Origin: an uncultured Nitrososphaerales archaeon
Lineage (GTDB): Archaea; Thermoproteota; Nitrososphaeria; Nitrososphaerales; Nitrososphaeraceae
Direction of reading: 5' to 3'
Length of the DNA stretch: 64,000 bases
Assembly: GCA_963695855.1 (NCBI GenBank)
Contig: CAVOHZ010000010.1
Location: 960,001 to 1,024,000, forward strand
A program made the position numbers and the translations under genes. This document shows, piece by piece, positions 34,785 to 46,540 of the stretch. A model generated the notes under the pieces. It was not told the origin of the DNA, ran no database searches, and was given only the letters and a program-made list of their open reading frames with translations. The stretch's first letter is position 1. Each line of letters starts with the position of its first letter.

Positions 34785-36164
34785 CTAGGCAGTAGTTGCT
34801 TTCTTTTTTGACTTTAGAATTTCTTGCATTACCTGCTCCATGTAATCCTGAACATTTTCCTCTGAAAGAGAAGCAGTTTCTATGCCAGTCTTTTCTTCTA
34901 GCTCTTTTTCTTCTTTGTCTACCACTTCCTTTACATCTTTTACCGCTCTCTGAAGTTCTGCCGTCATTTGAGCAGTACCAATACTTCCAAGGAGATTGGA
35001 ATTGTTCTTTGTTTTTTCCCTAATTTTCTCTCTCAATGTTATGTTATGGGAAAGTGAAAGAGCTGATGAATAAAGTCCAAAATTGACTAGATATGTACAT
35101 ACTATTATGAATGAAACTGTTGGTAATGCATATGGGGGATAAGGGGCAATGATAAGTGTTGATTGTGTTACTGTAAAAAACATTATAAGTCCGTTGGCAG
35201 TAACAATCAAGTATTTTCTAATCGGATTATTATGTTCTAGTTTGCTAGCTACCTTCCAAAAAGAATATCCAAAAATAATACCACTAAATGCAGTACCCAA
35301 ACCTTCAAACATATAGTATAGTATTAAACTCTCATCAGTGTCAGGAACTTCAATTATATTGAAAGAATCTAATGATGTCGACAAAAATAAAATAAAGGAA
35401 CTTACTAAGCCAACTAATAGTCTTATACGTTGAATTTTTTCTGTATATTGAGACAATAGCATGTAGGATCCAACCAAAAGCAAAATCAATGATATTCCCA
35501 ATAGATACTTATAATATTCATAAAACTGGTCAAAAATATTACTTTCGATATCCGGATAAACCACTTTCATCATAGGTGTTATCCATGATGGCTTTTTTAT
35601 GATTATGGCATTTTCTCCGATGTATACGACAAAAATACTTACTGACAAAATCATAAATCCCAGTCCATAAAAAAAAATTACCGGCGAATTTCTCTTTGAA
35701 AAATACCAGAATAGAAACTTTAGAGCCAGCAAAAACAATATTGACGAACCTATTAGTGCATTAATATTCTGAGCCAGTAATAAATTTGCCAATGAATATT
35801 CAGAAAGAAACAGAATCATTAGTACAACTAAAACTAGATTTCCGATCAAAATGTAACTCGAATATCTAGCAATTTTTGATAAATTGAACAAATATTTGGA
35901 TTTTGATAAAAGCGCTTTATTGTCTTTTTCTGCAAATTTCTGTAAATATATTTGTGCAAATATTGCTACACAACAAATTAAAATAAAAGTAAAGATTCCA
36001 AATGGCGTCTTAATTTGTTCACTTATAAAATCAGGTATTCTGCCTATTTCTAGATCAATTATTAAACAAGCATTTATGATAATTATTATAAAATAATTCT
36101 TTTTGAGGTCATAAAAGGAAGCTAGTAAAAATTTGTTGAAAGGCAAAAATCTAGGATTATTCAA
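34785..36164 (-). CDS. Polytopic membrane protein (~10 TM) with charged C-terminal helical tail
   Basis: Many hydrophobic segments; tail LREKIR...LLGSIGTAQMTAELQRAV...YMEQVMQEI; no catalytic motif recognised. Confidence 0.8.
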   Translation of the reverse strand: MNNPRFLPFNKFLLASFYDLKKNYFIIIIINACLIIDLEIGRIPDFISEQIKTPFGIFTFILICCVAIFAQIYLQKFAEKDNKALLSKSKYLFNLSKIARYSSYILIGNLVLVVLMILFLSEYSLANLLLAQNINALIGSSILFLLALKFLFWYFSKRNSPVIFFYGLGFMILSVSIFVVYIGENAIIIKKPSWITPMMKVVYPDIESNIFDQFYEYYKYLLGISLILLLVGSYMLLSQYTEKIQRIRLLVGLVSSFILFLSTSLDSFNIIEVPDTDESLILYYMFEGLGTAFSGIIFGYSFWKVASKLEHNNPIRKYLIVTANGLIMFFTVTQSTLIIAPYPPYALPTVSFIIVCTYLVNFGLYSSALSLSHNITLREKIREKTKNNSNLLGSIGTAQMTAELQRAVKDVKEVVDKEEKELEEKTGIETASLSEENVQDYMEQVMQEILKSKKKATTA

Positions 36165-36312
36165 GTAGATTATCTGCTAGTATTTGAATAACTAAATTTT
36201 TATATTTAATTAATTTTGTCATGCTTTATCACGCAAGTTCAAAAAAATTAAAAATATGTGAAAATCAATGAAATGATTCTATACCAATATTGATATCAAG
36301 TATTTGTATAAT

Positions 36313-36501
36313 TTATCTATCGTGTAATATTTCTCCTTGCATTTCCAATTGATCAGTCATATTTGATACTTTATTGTCGGTCATGTTATTGTTCTCATCT
36401 GACTGGGCCATTGCTACAGATAACGGAGATGTCTGTACTATTCCAAATGAGAATGCTATTGATGCTATTAGAAATGCCAAAATGAATAATTTTTTATTCA
36501 T
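36313..36501 (-). CDS. Small secreted peptide precursor
   Basis: MNKK + hydrophobic core + AMA-QS cleavage site; 30-aa mature part with two NMT sequons. Confidence 0.75.
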   Translation of the reverse strand: MNKKLFILAFLIASIAFSFGIVQTSPLSVAMAQSDENNNMTDNKVSNMTDQLEMQGEILHDR

Positions 36502-37190
36502 GCTAGCATTATAGTTTGGATCTTTATATTGTTTTTGGAATTATATTATGTGTATAGAGGTTCCATTTACATAAACAATAAATTGTAATGATATCAATAT
36601 TACTCTATATTATCTTTAGCCAAATTTTAGTATGATGTTGTTATGTATGAACTGAGTAATTAAACTAGAATTATTCATTGTCCCGAAATGTTAAACCAAA
36701 TTTCAAGCGAACGAAAACTAAATAAGATTATAAAATCTCAGGTGCTGTAAAATATGAAAAATGAATCAGATTAGTAGGAAGGAATATTTGATATAAACTA
36801 TCAAAATGTCTATAGATGAATAAAAAATACGAGGTACTTATTGATTATAGGATAGGAAAAAGAATAAAGAACTTTCATGAAGACAAACGAACAGATTAAT
36901 AAAATTTCATTTCTTTCTAATGGATAAAATGCTCAATTCAAGCATCTCGAAAATAGAGACACTGTTCCAAATTCTATTTCTTTATTTTGTCCCGAATTTT
37001 CCCTACATAAATATTCAAATTCCTAAAAAACAGAAAAGTAATCGTTTTCCAAAGAGAAAATTCGTCTAGGTGACAGAAAGAAACGAATTTCAAAATGAAC
37101 TACAGAGTATAAAAGGATCTTTATTCTGTGTAATAATTGAGTAAAGAGAACTTTTTATCCCTCAATCACCCCATTTAGCTAACAAATACT

Positions 37191-37733
37191 ATGAAAGAAG
37201 AACATCGTGGGAAACCATATGTCTTGAAAATATTTCAATTAATCTTTGGTATAATGTTGGTTATAAATTCAGGTCTAATTCTAACTAATCCAATACATGC
37301 TTCTAAATCTCTTGTTTTATTACTTGTTATTACTCTGATAATTTCTGGAATGGAGAGACTTGGAATTGGAATTATTGCACACTGGATTGATAAACGTTCT
37401 AGGATAACAAATATTGGTCTTGGAATAATAGCAATAATTTTATCTATACTTGCTATCACATACCCTGGAGTTACTATATCATTGGTAATAATGCTTATGG
37501 CATTTTCCTTATTGATAGTTGGAATTTCTAGAATCATTTTAGGTTTTAATGATTCAAGCAGGAACAAATTGAGTCGATATATGATCGTCGGTACTGGAAT
37601 CATATCTGTAGTAATAGGTGGAATGATATTTGGATCTACGTTATTTGGGATTGAATTAGTTTCTATGATCTTGGGAACAGCAGTAATGATAAATGGAATT
37701 CAAAGTATAGTTTCATCAATATCATCGAGATGA
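37191..37733 (+). CDS. HdeD/DUF308 family membrane protein (paralog of 7947..8504)
   Basis: GMERLGIG / GISRIILG repeats, multiple TM segments. Confidence 0.75.
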   Translation: MKEEHRGKPYVLKIFQLIFGIMLVINSGLILTNPIHASKSLVLLLVITLIISGMERLGIGIIAHWIDKRSRITNIGLGIIAIILSILAITYPGVTISLVIMLMAFSLLIVGISRIILGFNDSSRNKLSRYMIVGTGIISVVIGGMIFGSTLFGIELVSMILGTAVMINGIQSIVSSISSR

Positions 37734-39344
37734 AGTAAATCATAATATAACCAATTTACATTATTTCTTTATTCTCAAACCTCATTTTGTATATCTTATA
37801 GTTTAGATCAGATCCCAATTTCCTTTACATTTTTGTTATATGTTCTCTTGGTCGGTATATTTGTAGTTAATGATGTCGTCTCTATCTTTTTAATTGACAA
37901 GAAAACATAAGATATAGAAAAACTATAATCCATCACTAGTTTATTTGTACGTTTATAAATAAACATTTTATTTCTTACTGATATAGATGAAATGTTCGAA
38001 TATTACTGATTTATGTATTATCTCTTCTCTTTGCGTTTCTCTTTTCTGTTCATAAGTTTCCATAACAATGGAGATGAATTATGATAATTATCAAAGGAGA
38101 ATATGTCTGAAAAATCCCTCATTTATAGTTTGTATTCTTACAAGAAAACTGTTTAATAACAAGATACATCTAAATACTCAACAAAATATGAGACAGAAAA
38201 TTTTAGTAATGTTGATATATTCGGAATAAGAAATCTATCCTACTAAAAAAATGGTTTTGAATGATTTATGAATAATTATGATCCAGAATCAGACTGATAT
38301 AAAAAGATCAACTCATTCTACTATAATAAACTCTCTAATCTCCTTAATCTTTTTATATTCCTTCTTCTAGGAACTTTATAACTAATTTTTGGGTTGCTTT
38401 CCTAGGCATTAAGTATAATTCAATATCTTTCTACAAGCAGTATGCAGTTACTAGGGTTTACCTTAAAACTTATCTTCTGGGAGCCGTATCAATACAATTT
38501 CAAGTGTATTTTTTTTATATTCTTCGATCTATTTGTAATTGATATAAGATTGATTTATAGATACTGTGACCATTATTAGGTAGTTATTATTACTTTATAC
38601 CTATTTTAATATAATCTTAATTATATTGTAGGGAATTTTTATCATATCCATATAAAACACAGAAGAGAGGTGTGTTTCTTCTTATCTGTTGCAATAAGAT
38701 AAGATAATAATTTGATTTAATTTAATTATGCAGTTATTCAAAAAAAATTTGATTTGCGGTTAATGCTGTATTTGTTACCAATGGTTTAGATTATTTAAGC
38801 ATACCTAAGGCAAACTTTACCTTCATTTACTATATTTTCTCGTAATCACTAATAAATTTGCACAAATTATTTAATTTGCAAACCAGTAGAACAAGATTCA
38901 ACTTTGTAAGAAATGTTTTAGAGAATTTGACCAGATTGAATAATCTGATTTCAGCTACCAACATATATCGTTTTCATTAAAATTATAGATAAAATTTGGC
39001 ATATAAACAACTGTTAATGTAGAAATAATCAATACAGTTTATCAATAAACATGTTGTTATTTTTAAACAAGTACAATTTAGATAAATATTTGAAAGCATT
39101 ATTGGATTTTTATGATTATCTGCAAATGAGAACAAGAAACATTCACGAGTTTCCTTTCTATAAGTAGATAATAAATTCCGAAGATAATGAGGATAATTTA
39201 ATTTAATTCATGAATATAGTAGCCGGTTTCGTAAATCGACTGTCTATCCTGCTATATGATTCAATGGTAGTAAAAGATAATATTAGTAAAATAAAATCAC
39301 ATTCAAATTTGACAAGTGATCTGAAGGAACACAAAATATAAAAT

Positions 39345-39767
39345 CTAAGAATATAATGATACAATAGGTTTTTTTGATTTCTTGCTTGGGACAAGAGAAT
39401 ATACTTCTTTGGCAGAAAACTTCCATACCCTTGCAGGTTTAGCATCAATACCAAATTCCTTAAGTTTGGCTCCGGCTTTAGAAAATAACTGTGGGTCTGT
39501 CACCTCCTCTACTTTTCCCTTTAGTTGATATCCCCCTAGATTATCGATATCTAATATCGCGACTGCCACTATGGGACATGATATTATATTGTTGAATGTC
39601 TTATTTCCAAATGCATCGGCAAAAAGTAGATCATTACCTTCTAGTATACCTAGAACAAATCTTGGAGAAATGTTTGGTATACCTTTTGAATCAACGGTTG
39701 CTATCCAAACCAAATTTCCCTGCTTTACTATTAATCGTATTATTTCTTCGTTGACTAAATACAACAA
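39345..39767 (-). CDS. Pyridoxamine 5'-phosphate oxidase (split-barrel) family protein
   Basis: WIATVDSKGIPNISP, KTFNNI, GYQLKG, VYSLVP. Confidence 0.85.
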   Translation of the reverse strand: MLYLVNEEIIRLIVKQGNLVWIATVDSKGIPNISPRFVLGILEGNDLLFADAFGNKTFNNIISCPIVAVAILDIDNLGGYQLKGKVEEVTDPQLFSKAGAKLKEFGIDAKPARVWKFSAKEVYSLVPSKKSKKPIVSLYS

Positions 39768-39984
39768 GACACATAATGGAGAGGATATAGTTAAAAGTTA
39801 TGTAGTCATATAATTCATTCTTATCTCCAAAATTCACATTGTCATTGATTAGTTTATATTAAAATAATCATGAATACTTAGTTTGTAATTATAAAATTTT
39901 CATCTTTATAATTCAAAAATATAACCAATAGACTAGAATAAGATTTAATCAATTTGTATATGATGATTATAAAGCTCGTTCATA

Positions 39985-40435
39985 TCAAACTTCTTCCGTA
40001 TTAACGACAATATCTTTCATCCGATCAGAATAGTCGTAAGAAAACATAGATAGTGGTGTGATTTCGATTGCCATTTCATTTTCATTTCTTCTCAACAAAA
40101 AATAAGCTAACGACGATTTTTCATCTCTTAAATATTTTTTGATGAGCATGCAGAGGATTTCAACTCCTCTGACTTTGTCTAATATTGCATATCCCCATCC
40201 GCTTACCCCACGATATGAAGGTAGATCACCAGCCACTTCGAAGCCGCATTTTGGATTTCCAGATAGATATTCTATGATCTTGGCATTTCTTTGAGTAGCA
40301 CAAAAAATTCTCTCTTCTAGATATACATACCACAAGGATACTGTTATTTGGCCATCCATCAACATTAATACACGCAAGTCTTATTGGAATACACGAATCC
40401 ATTAGATATTCTCGTACATTCATATTTCTCAACAT
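39985..40435 (-). pseudogene. PPOX-class split-barrel protein split by one extra base at ~40348
   Basis: IPIRLACINVDGWP in one frame joins ITVSLWY...CAT...KI in another. Confidence 0.75.
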
Positions 40436-41157
40436 TCACCTTGAGTTTCATATCTTTAGGGTATTGTAAAAAAATATATCTCTTCATAGATTCCTTAATT
40501 ACTATTATAAATTACTAGATACAAATTATTATGATCTCGTCTTCCAATGTGATGAAGAAGTATTAGATTATAGACAATGATTAGACTATAATATTTACAT
40601 CTCGCAATTAACCTGTCTCTACATTGATAATGAATTCAAGCTAACAAACCATATATACCACAATGAAAAGTCTACAATGTAAATAATACTATTAAATCTA
40701 CATTAAGTTAAATTGGATGTCTTTCTCAGCCTAATTTTATAACATAAAATCAGTTACTTAAGCTCTACTATAGAAATTATTCCCAAATACTATCACTACC
40801 CGCAATAGATAATAGAGAATGGTGAAAGTAATTGCATGTAATTGCATGACTCATGTGTATTACATTTGAGACTAAAATGTAGGAATTTTACTTAAACAAA
40901 ATTATAAAATGTGAAAAATATCCTAATAGTTTTTGATATAATCCAAAATTTTGTCTACCAAACTCCCTTGTAAAGCATTGTACTTTATTCAGTATGTAAC
41001 ACATTCATTTACTAAAATCAGCAATCATTCTTATAAGCTAGATCATCATGATGCCGTCATGATCATTTAATCTTACTTTAGAAAGAACAGTTATTGTGAT
41101 TATATGGAATTCAATTTAGAAGAAAAGGATTAACTGAATATAATTATACCAGTGGTT

Positions 41158-42150
41158 TTATTGTAAATTCACTGCAGGAATTACCTTGTCTGATAATAAA
41201 TCTATCAATTTATATCTAGATGGGCTTGAATTAGTTAGAACTATTTCAGTAAATCCAAGATCCTTGTATTGTTTTATTTTTTTGATTGCCTCTTCTGCAT
41301 CAGATATCACAAAAAAATTCTTTTCTAAGCTGTCGTCTTGAATTACTCGACAGTTTTCCTCGATTTTTCTAGGATCATGAATATCTAACTCGAAAAATGC
41401 TTTGATAAGAACACCTCTCCAAAATCGCAGAGACTCTAGTGCTTTATTTCTATCTTCATCATAAGAAGTAATCATAAACAATATCCTACTAAATTTCTCA
41501 TAATCTTTCCCAGATTTTTTTAATCCTTTTTGTATTGCGGGAATTAAACGGGTTTTTAGAATTTCAGGATCCGCTGAAGTAGTTATAAACCCATCACCTT
41601 CTTCTCCAGCAAGTTGGGCCGATTGAGGGCCATTGCCTGCAATATATATGGGGATATCTCCTTTGGGCTTTGTATACAGATTAGAGTCCTTTACCCAATA
41701 ATATTCACCATCAAACGTTACCCAGTCTTCTTTCCATAATTTTTTGATAAGTTTTATGGCCTCCTTCAATCGTTTATGTCTCTCCTGATTTGATGGCCAC
41801 GGATTACCTGATGTGATTTCATTTAAGGCTTCTCCTTTTCCCAAACCCAAAAATACTCTATTTGGAAACATGAAACTTAGCGTTGAAAATACCTGTGCAA
41901 CAATTGCAGGGTGATATCTTAGGATAGGTGCAGTCACTCCTGTTCCTATAGCGATATTGCGAGTTTTGGCTAATGCTGCCCCAATCCATGGCCATGCAGC
42001 ACCCCCTGAAGCACTGCTGTGCCACCATGGCATATAATGGTCACTTGTCCAACATCTTTGTATACCTTTGTTATCCATATACGTTACATGATCTAGTAAA
42101 TCTGAAGGACTGTTTTGTTCATGCGCTGCTTGAACGCTGATTTTAACCAT
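41158..42150 (-). CDS. F420-dependent LLM oxidoreductase, Fgd/G6PDH-like
   Basis: AAHEQ, SDHYMPW, GTGVTAP, RYHPAIVAQ, GEALNE. Confidence 0.9.
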   Translation of the reverse strand: MVKISVQAAHEQNSPSDLLDHVTYMDNKGIQRCWTSDHYMPWWHSSASGGAAWPWIGAALAKTRNIAIGTGVTAPILRYHPAIVAQVFSTLSFMFPNRVFLGLGKGEALNEITSGNPWPSNQERHKRLKEAIKLIKKLWKEDWVTFDGEYYWVKDSNLYTKPKGDIPIYIAGNGPQSAQLAGEEGDGFITTSADPEILKTRLIPAIQKGLKKSGKDYEKFSRILFMITSYDEDRNKALESLRFWRGVLIKAFFELDIHDPRKIEENCRVIQDDSLEKNFFVISDAEEAIKKIKQYKDLGFTEIVLTNSSPSRYKLIDLLSDKVIPAVNLQ

Positions 42151-42399
42151 TTGATTATACCATGTATATAATCACAACTAAATAATAATTTAAAGTCAAG
42201 GATCCCTTGCATTTTTTAATATCTTAATTATTATATTATCACTTTTGAAGAAATAAGGAAATTTTTAATAGAAAATCAATAGTAAAGGAAGAATTTAACT
42301 GTAATCTTTGTCTATTAAGTGAGAAATACGAATCTTCAGTATTATTTTATAAAATTTTTAATAGAAAAATTAAATAACTAAAAGATCTTACTATCAGAT

Positions 42400-42657
42400 A
42401 TGAAATACAGAAGTAGAACAGAAATAGTAGGAATGATTCTCGATGCAGCTAACGGAGGAACAACCAAGACAAAAATTATGTATAAAGCTTTTTTAAGTTA
42501 TGCACAATTAAAAGAATACCTTGCGGTTCTGATTGAAAATAAGCTTTTAGACTATATTGATGGAACACAGACATACAAGACAACAGAAAAGGGATTGAAT
42601 TTTCTAAAGATGCATAATGAGATTGGCGATCTATTGCGAATTCCTACAAGGTTATAG
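42400..42657 (+). CDS. Winged-helix transcription regulator (archaeal HTH_45-like)
   Basis: RSRTEI, KTKIMYKAFLSY, YKTTEKG. Confidence 0.9.
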   Translation: MKYRSRTEIVGMILDAANGGTTKTKIMYKAFLSYAQLKEYLAVLIENKLLDYIDGTQTYKTTEKGLNFLKMHNEIGDLLRIPTRL

Positions 42658-43005
42658 TATTTAACTACAGTTTACTCTTTTCTTCTATTAAATATTTGAA
42701 CATTATATTTTAAACACAAAAAGAAACAAATGATATTAAAGTATTATCTAAAATAAATGATATTGTAGTAAAGTATTATCTATTTTTTAATATTTCTTGA
42801 TGTGTTTTTTATTGTGACAATCATACTAATAAGCAATATATCTGAAAGAAATTTTATAATTCATTAAAAAATGTCAATTTTATCCTCAAGATAGAATTGC
42901 CTTAGAAATCCAGTTTTTTAGAACTATTTTATAATAAAATAATATTGCAGGTCATTTATAAAAATCTACAGCTTTTATTATATGCTAATTTAGTTATAAA
43001 AAAAC

Positions 43006-44100
43006 TTGTTAATATTTACAATGAGAATTATTGTTATCATTGTACTATTGTGTTCCTTGACTTTCTCTTTATTTTTAGAGCAAGAAATAATAGATGAGGT
43101 TGCAGATGATACTTATTATTATGAAGATGATTATGTAAAAGACTATGAAGATGAATACTTTCACAAAAATCAGGTAAAAATTAAGGAAATAAATGAAATG
43201 ATACTCCATAATAATGAAATCATTGCAAAACAAGATTTAGACAAAGAGAATTTTCGTGATGGTTTTTCAAACCGTGAATCGAAGATAATTGATATAGTTT
43301 TTGTTTCGCCTACTTTTACGATGGGTGCATATGATGATTCTTTTTATAATTTCTTTCGATCTCATTCTGATATACAAGCTGGACAATGTGTATCTGCAGA
43401 TATTCATCTTTTGTCCTCTCAAGTTCCATCAGGAATAGACGCTATGAATAATTACAAATCCATAGCATTACACAAGATAGAGATCATCTTTCTTTTCTTC
43501 TTCCATAGTCATTTTTTGATTATCTGGACGATAAAATGGTCCAAGGGTTAATCTTTGAAGCAAATAATGCAAATATGTATGACATTATCATTCTAGTTCA
43601 TCAAGAATATGTTCCTCAATAAGGATATAGTAATTTTAAAACAATTGTAGAAAATGGAGGAATAACGATCCTTTTATACTCAAACACATTTTATGCAGAA
43701 GTTGACTACGATAATATTAATAATCAAATTAATCTAATCAAGGGACATTATTGGACCTTCTATGGACAAAAAGCGTGGAGAGATGTTAAAGAAAGAGAGG
43801 CACAAAAGACTACAGAATGTGTAGGTAGTAATTTTGGCTGTGCTAGTTGTACAGTTACTTTCCATAATAATCCAATTTCGTATACTCATTATGAAGGAAA
43901 TTATGTTATAATCTGAATGTTAGGATTTTAATAGATTACCAAGATAAATCAGATTTTGATTATTTTATAGCAGCTTATGACTTAGGATATGGTCAAGGAA
44001 AGGTAATTAATCTGGGATATTTGGTGAGGATATAATAAATAATCACAGTTTCTTGAATTTTTTTGATAATGTAATACTGTCTAATATATAGAATTACAGT
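43006..44100 (+). pseudogene. Degraded secreted protein, possibly N,N-dimethylformamidase beta-subunit-like
   Basis: PTFTMGAY in ORF; another frame continues YDIIILVHQEYVPQ*...GG...SNTFYAEVDY...KGHYW with TAA at ~43620 and later disruptions; family assignment from memory. Confidence 0.55.
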
Positions 44101-44286
44101 CATAAAACTAAAATTTTAATGAAAGTATTTTAGGATTGAAATATCGGTATAAAATACTATATTGCTTTACCGTATTTTTTTATCAACTATAATAAGCTTC
44201 AAATGGAGATTAATTTCATTTACATTATTGCTCGAACCTTCACTCTAGAACCAAGACTTTCTATGATAACAATGTTCAAGGAAAAT

Positions 44287-44583
44287 TTATTTTTTCTCTT
44301 TCCTTTCTATCAATTCTTTAAAAAATTGAATTAATCTGCCATCAAATCCATAATTATAAGTTAACAAGTCTTTAATTTTCTCTATACAATCTAAACATAC
44401 GTTGTAATATTTTACTGCATCATCGTTATCAATATCTTGTTTAATGTCACCTGGGATCATTTTGGTTTTAGTACTAGTTACAGTAAGATATTCTGCTGTT
44501 TTAATTTCATTATTACAAACATCGCAATTATTGTCTTGTTCTTCTGTTACTACATCTTTTGTACTTGAAATATCTTCAATCAT
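44287..44583 (-). CDS. Hypothetical Zn-binding protein
   Basis: CDVC...CLDC. Confidence 0.55.
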   Translation of the reverse strand: MIEDISSTKDVVTEEQDNNCDVCNNEIKTAEYLTVTSTKTKMIPGDIKQDIDNDDAVKYYNVCLDCIEKIKDLLTYNYGFDGRLIQFFKELIERKEKK

Positions 44584-45011
44584 ATTAGATTGTTAGGTAT
44601 AACGATCCCAAATAGTTTTTCTTTTATTTTTAGTCAATTCAATTCATTGTTTCGATTAACATTGCTTTTTAATCTGGAGAATCTGTCTATTTGCGATCAA
44701 GTAAATTCAAGATTAATTTGGCTGTTATTTTGGATGAAATTATATTTTTTTGTTGTGGTTTTGTAAAAATAGATGAATAATCTATTTCAATTGTATCTTT
44801 GTTATAGAAAATAATCTGTTTTGTTCTTTTTACAGATATACTATGCATAAGGTTTTCTGTCCTTTTCTTGAAATACAGCATTATATCTAAATAAGGTTTA
44901 TACCTAAAATAACTTAATCTAAGTTTTGGATGTGAAAAAGCATAATCGTGTGGATGCAGGTATTAACAAAAATGATAATAGCCTTATTAGGTTTGATAAT
45001 CCTTTAAATTC

Positions 45012-45614
45012 ATGACTCAAGAATTCGAATCAATAAAAAAAAGAAACCTCCGATACAATATAAATCCAATATTTGTAAATAGATGGTCTCCACGATCAAT
45101 GTCAGGAGAGGAAATTTCTCACGATGATCTTATGGGACTATTTGAAGCTGCAAGATGGGCTCCTTCCTCATACAATAATCAACCATGGAGATTTATTTAC
45201 GCGAAGAGAAATACCGAAAATTGGGATAGGATTTATTCTTTAATGGTCGAAGGAAATAAAATTTGGGCTAAAAATGCTTCTGTGTTAGTTGTTGTCGTTT
45301 CAAGAAGAGATTTTGAATATAACGAAAAACCTGCCAGGACCTATCAATTCGATGCTGGTTCTGCATGGGAAAATCTAGCTTTAGAAGCTACATCACGTGG
45401 CTTAGCTACTCATGCAATGCAAGGATTTGATTACGATAAAGCAAAAGTAGATTTAGAAGTTCCCGAAAATTTTGATGTTATGACAATGATTGCAATTGGA
45501 AAAAGAGGTCAAAAAGAAAGTCTTCCATCCAATCTTCAGAAAAATGAATATCCAACCGATAGAAAACCATTGGAAGAAATAGTGATGGAAGGTAGATTCA
45601 AAACAAAGAAGTAG
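45012..45614 (+). CDS. Nitroreductase family protein
   Basis: RWSPR, ARWAPSSYNNQPWRF, FDAG, H.MQGFD. Confidence 0.93.
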   Translation: MTQEFESIKKRNLRYNINPIFVNRWSPRSMSGEEISHDDLMGLFEAARWAPSSYNNQPWRFIYAKRNTENWDRIYSLMVEGNKIWAKNASVLVVVVSRRDFEYNEKPARTYQFDAGSAWENLALEATSRGLATHAMQGFDYDKAKVDLEVPENFDVMTMIAIGKRGQKESLPSNLQKNEYPTDRKPLEEIVMEGRFKTKK

Positions 45615-46540
45615 AAATAGCATAAAATAGCTTCCTCGCTTTTCTTTGAGAATTCATATTATTAATTATAGCAATAAAAAATTTTACAAATATAAGAAAG
45701 TTATAATATCTTTAAATTTTTTCAAATTTAGGAAAATTGATATTGAAAAATATATCATATATCTAATCCAACAGCCACATATTATCAGACATAAAGTCGC
45801 ATGTCTTCCCATAATGCGAATTAAGATACAGAGCAAGGGAATTAAATTAGTATTTTATGTGAAGCAATTTTCTACTGTCAAGTGAAAACAATATTATTTG
45901 AAAATATATGTTGTATATCCTAGGAGAAAACTATGAATTGTGACACAGAGAGCTAAATAGATATGGTTTCAAATTTTGATATAAACAGAAAATCTTTCTT
46001 GGATTTTGTTTGTGTCGGAGATTCTAAATTTTCTCATATTATGCCATCGTCGCAAATTTATATTCTTAATAAAAGATATTAATTTTACTTTTATAGCCTC
46101 TTCTGGCTAGATTTCTTGTACTGGAGATATTGATACTTGTTTCAAGATTTTATATGTCTGTTGAATAATTCAAATATAAAATCTAAAAGTTTGCACAATC
46201 CTTTAAACAAAAAATGTAGACAACATTTTGGAGTTACATATTATCTATCTTTCCCACCTTGTGTATTAATATAAAATTATGATTTTTGGTTATTGGATAG
46301 CTCTTTATTTTTTGAAATGTTTATATTTATCAGATTATAGGCTTATGAAGAAACTCTAGAAAAATGGAGTAAAAATTTAGTTTAAGTATACCTACAAAAT
46401 CGTTACTACCGTGTTCCTACCTAAAAATCATAAACCCTAAAGTATTATTTATATTCCAGATATTCTGATTCTTATGTATACTTCTAAAGATACATATTAG
46501 TATATAAAATAATTATTTGGCCTTGTCTAAAATTTTGTTT

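Noticed and set aside
37734-39344. Long intergenic stretch (similar ones at 21741-22530, 45615-46540, 47228-48668, 60446-61292)
   Set aside because: No recognisable tRNA, structured RNA, IS ends or interpretable gene remnant by eye; an Infernal/tBLASTn search could still find something.
44687-45885. Short ORFs 44687..44881 and 45646..45885, and other antisense 60-100 aa ORFs overlapping real genes
   Set aside because: No motifs, AT-biased composition or antisense to well-supported genes.
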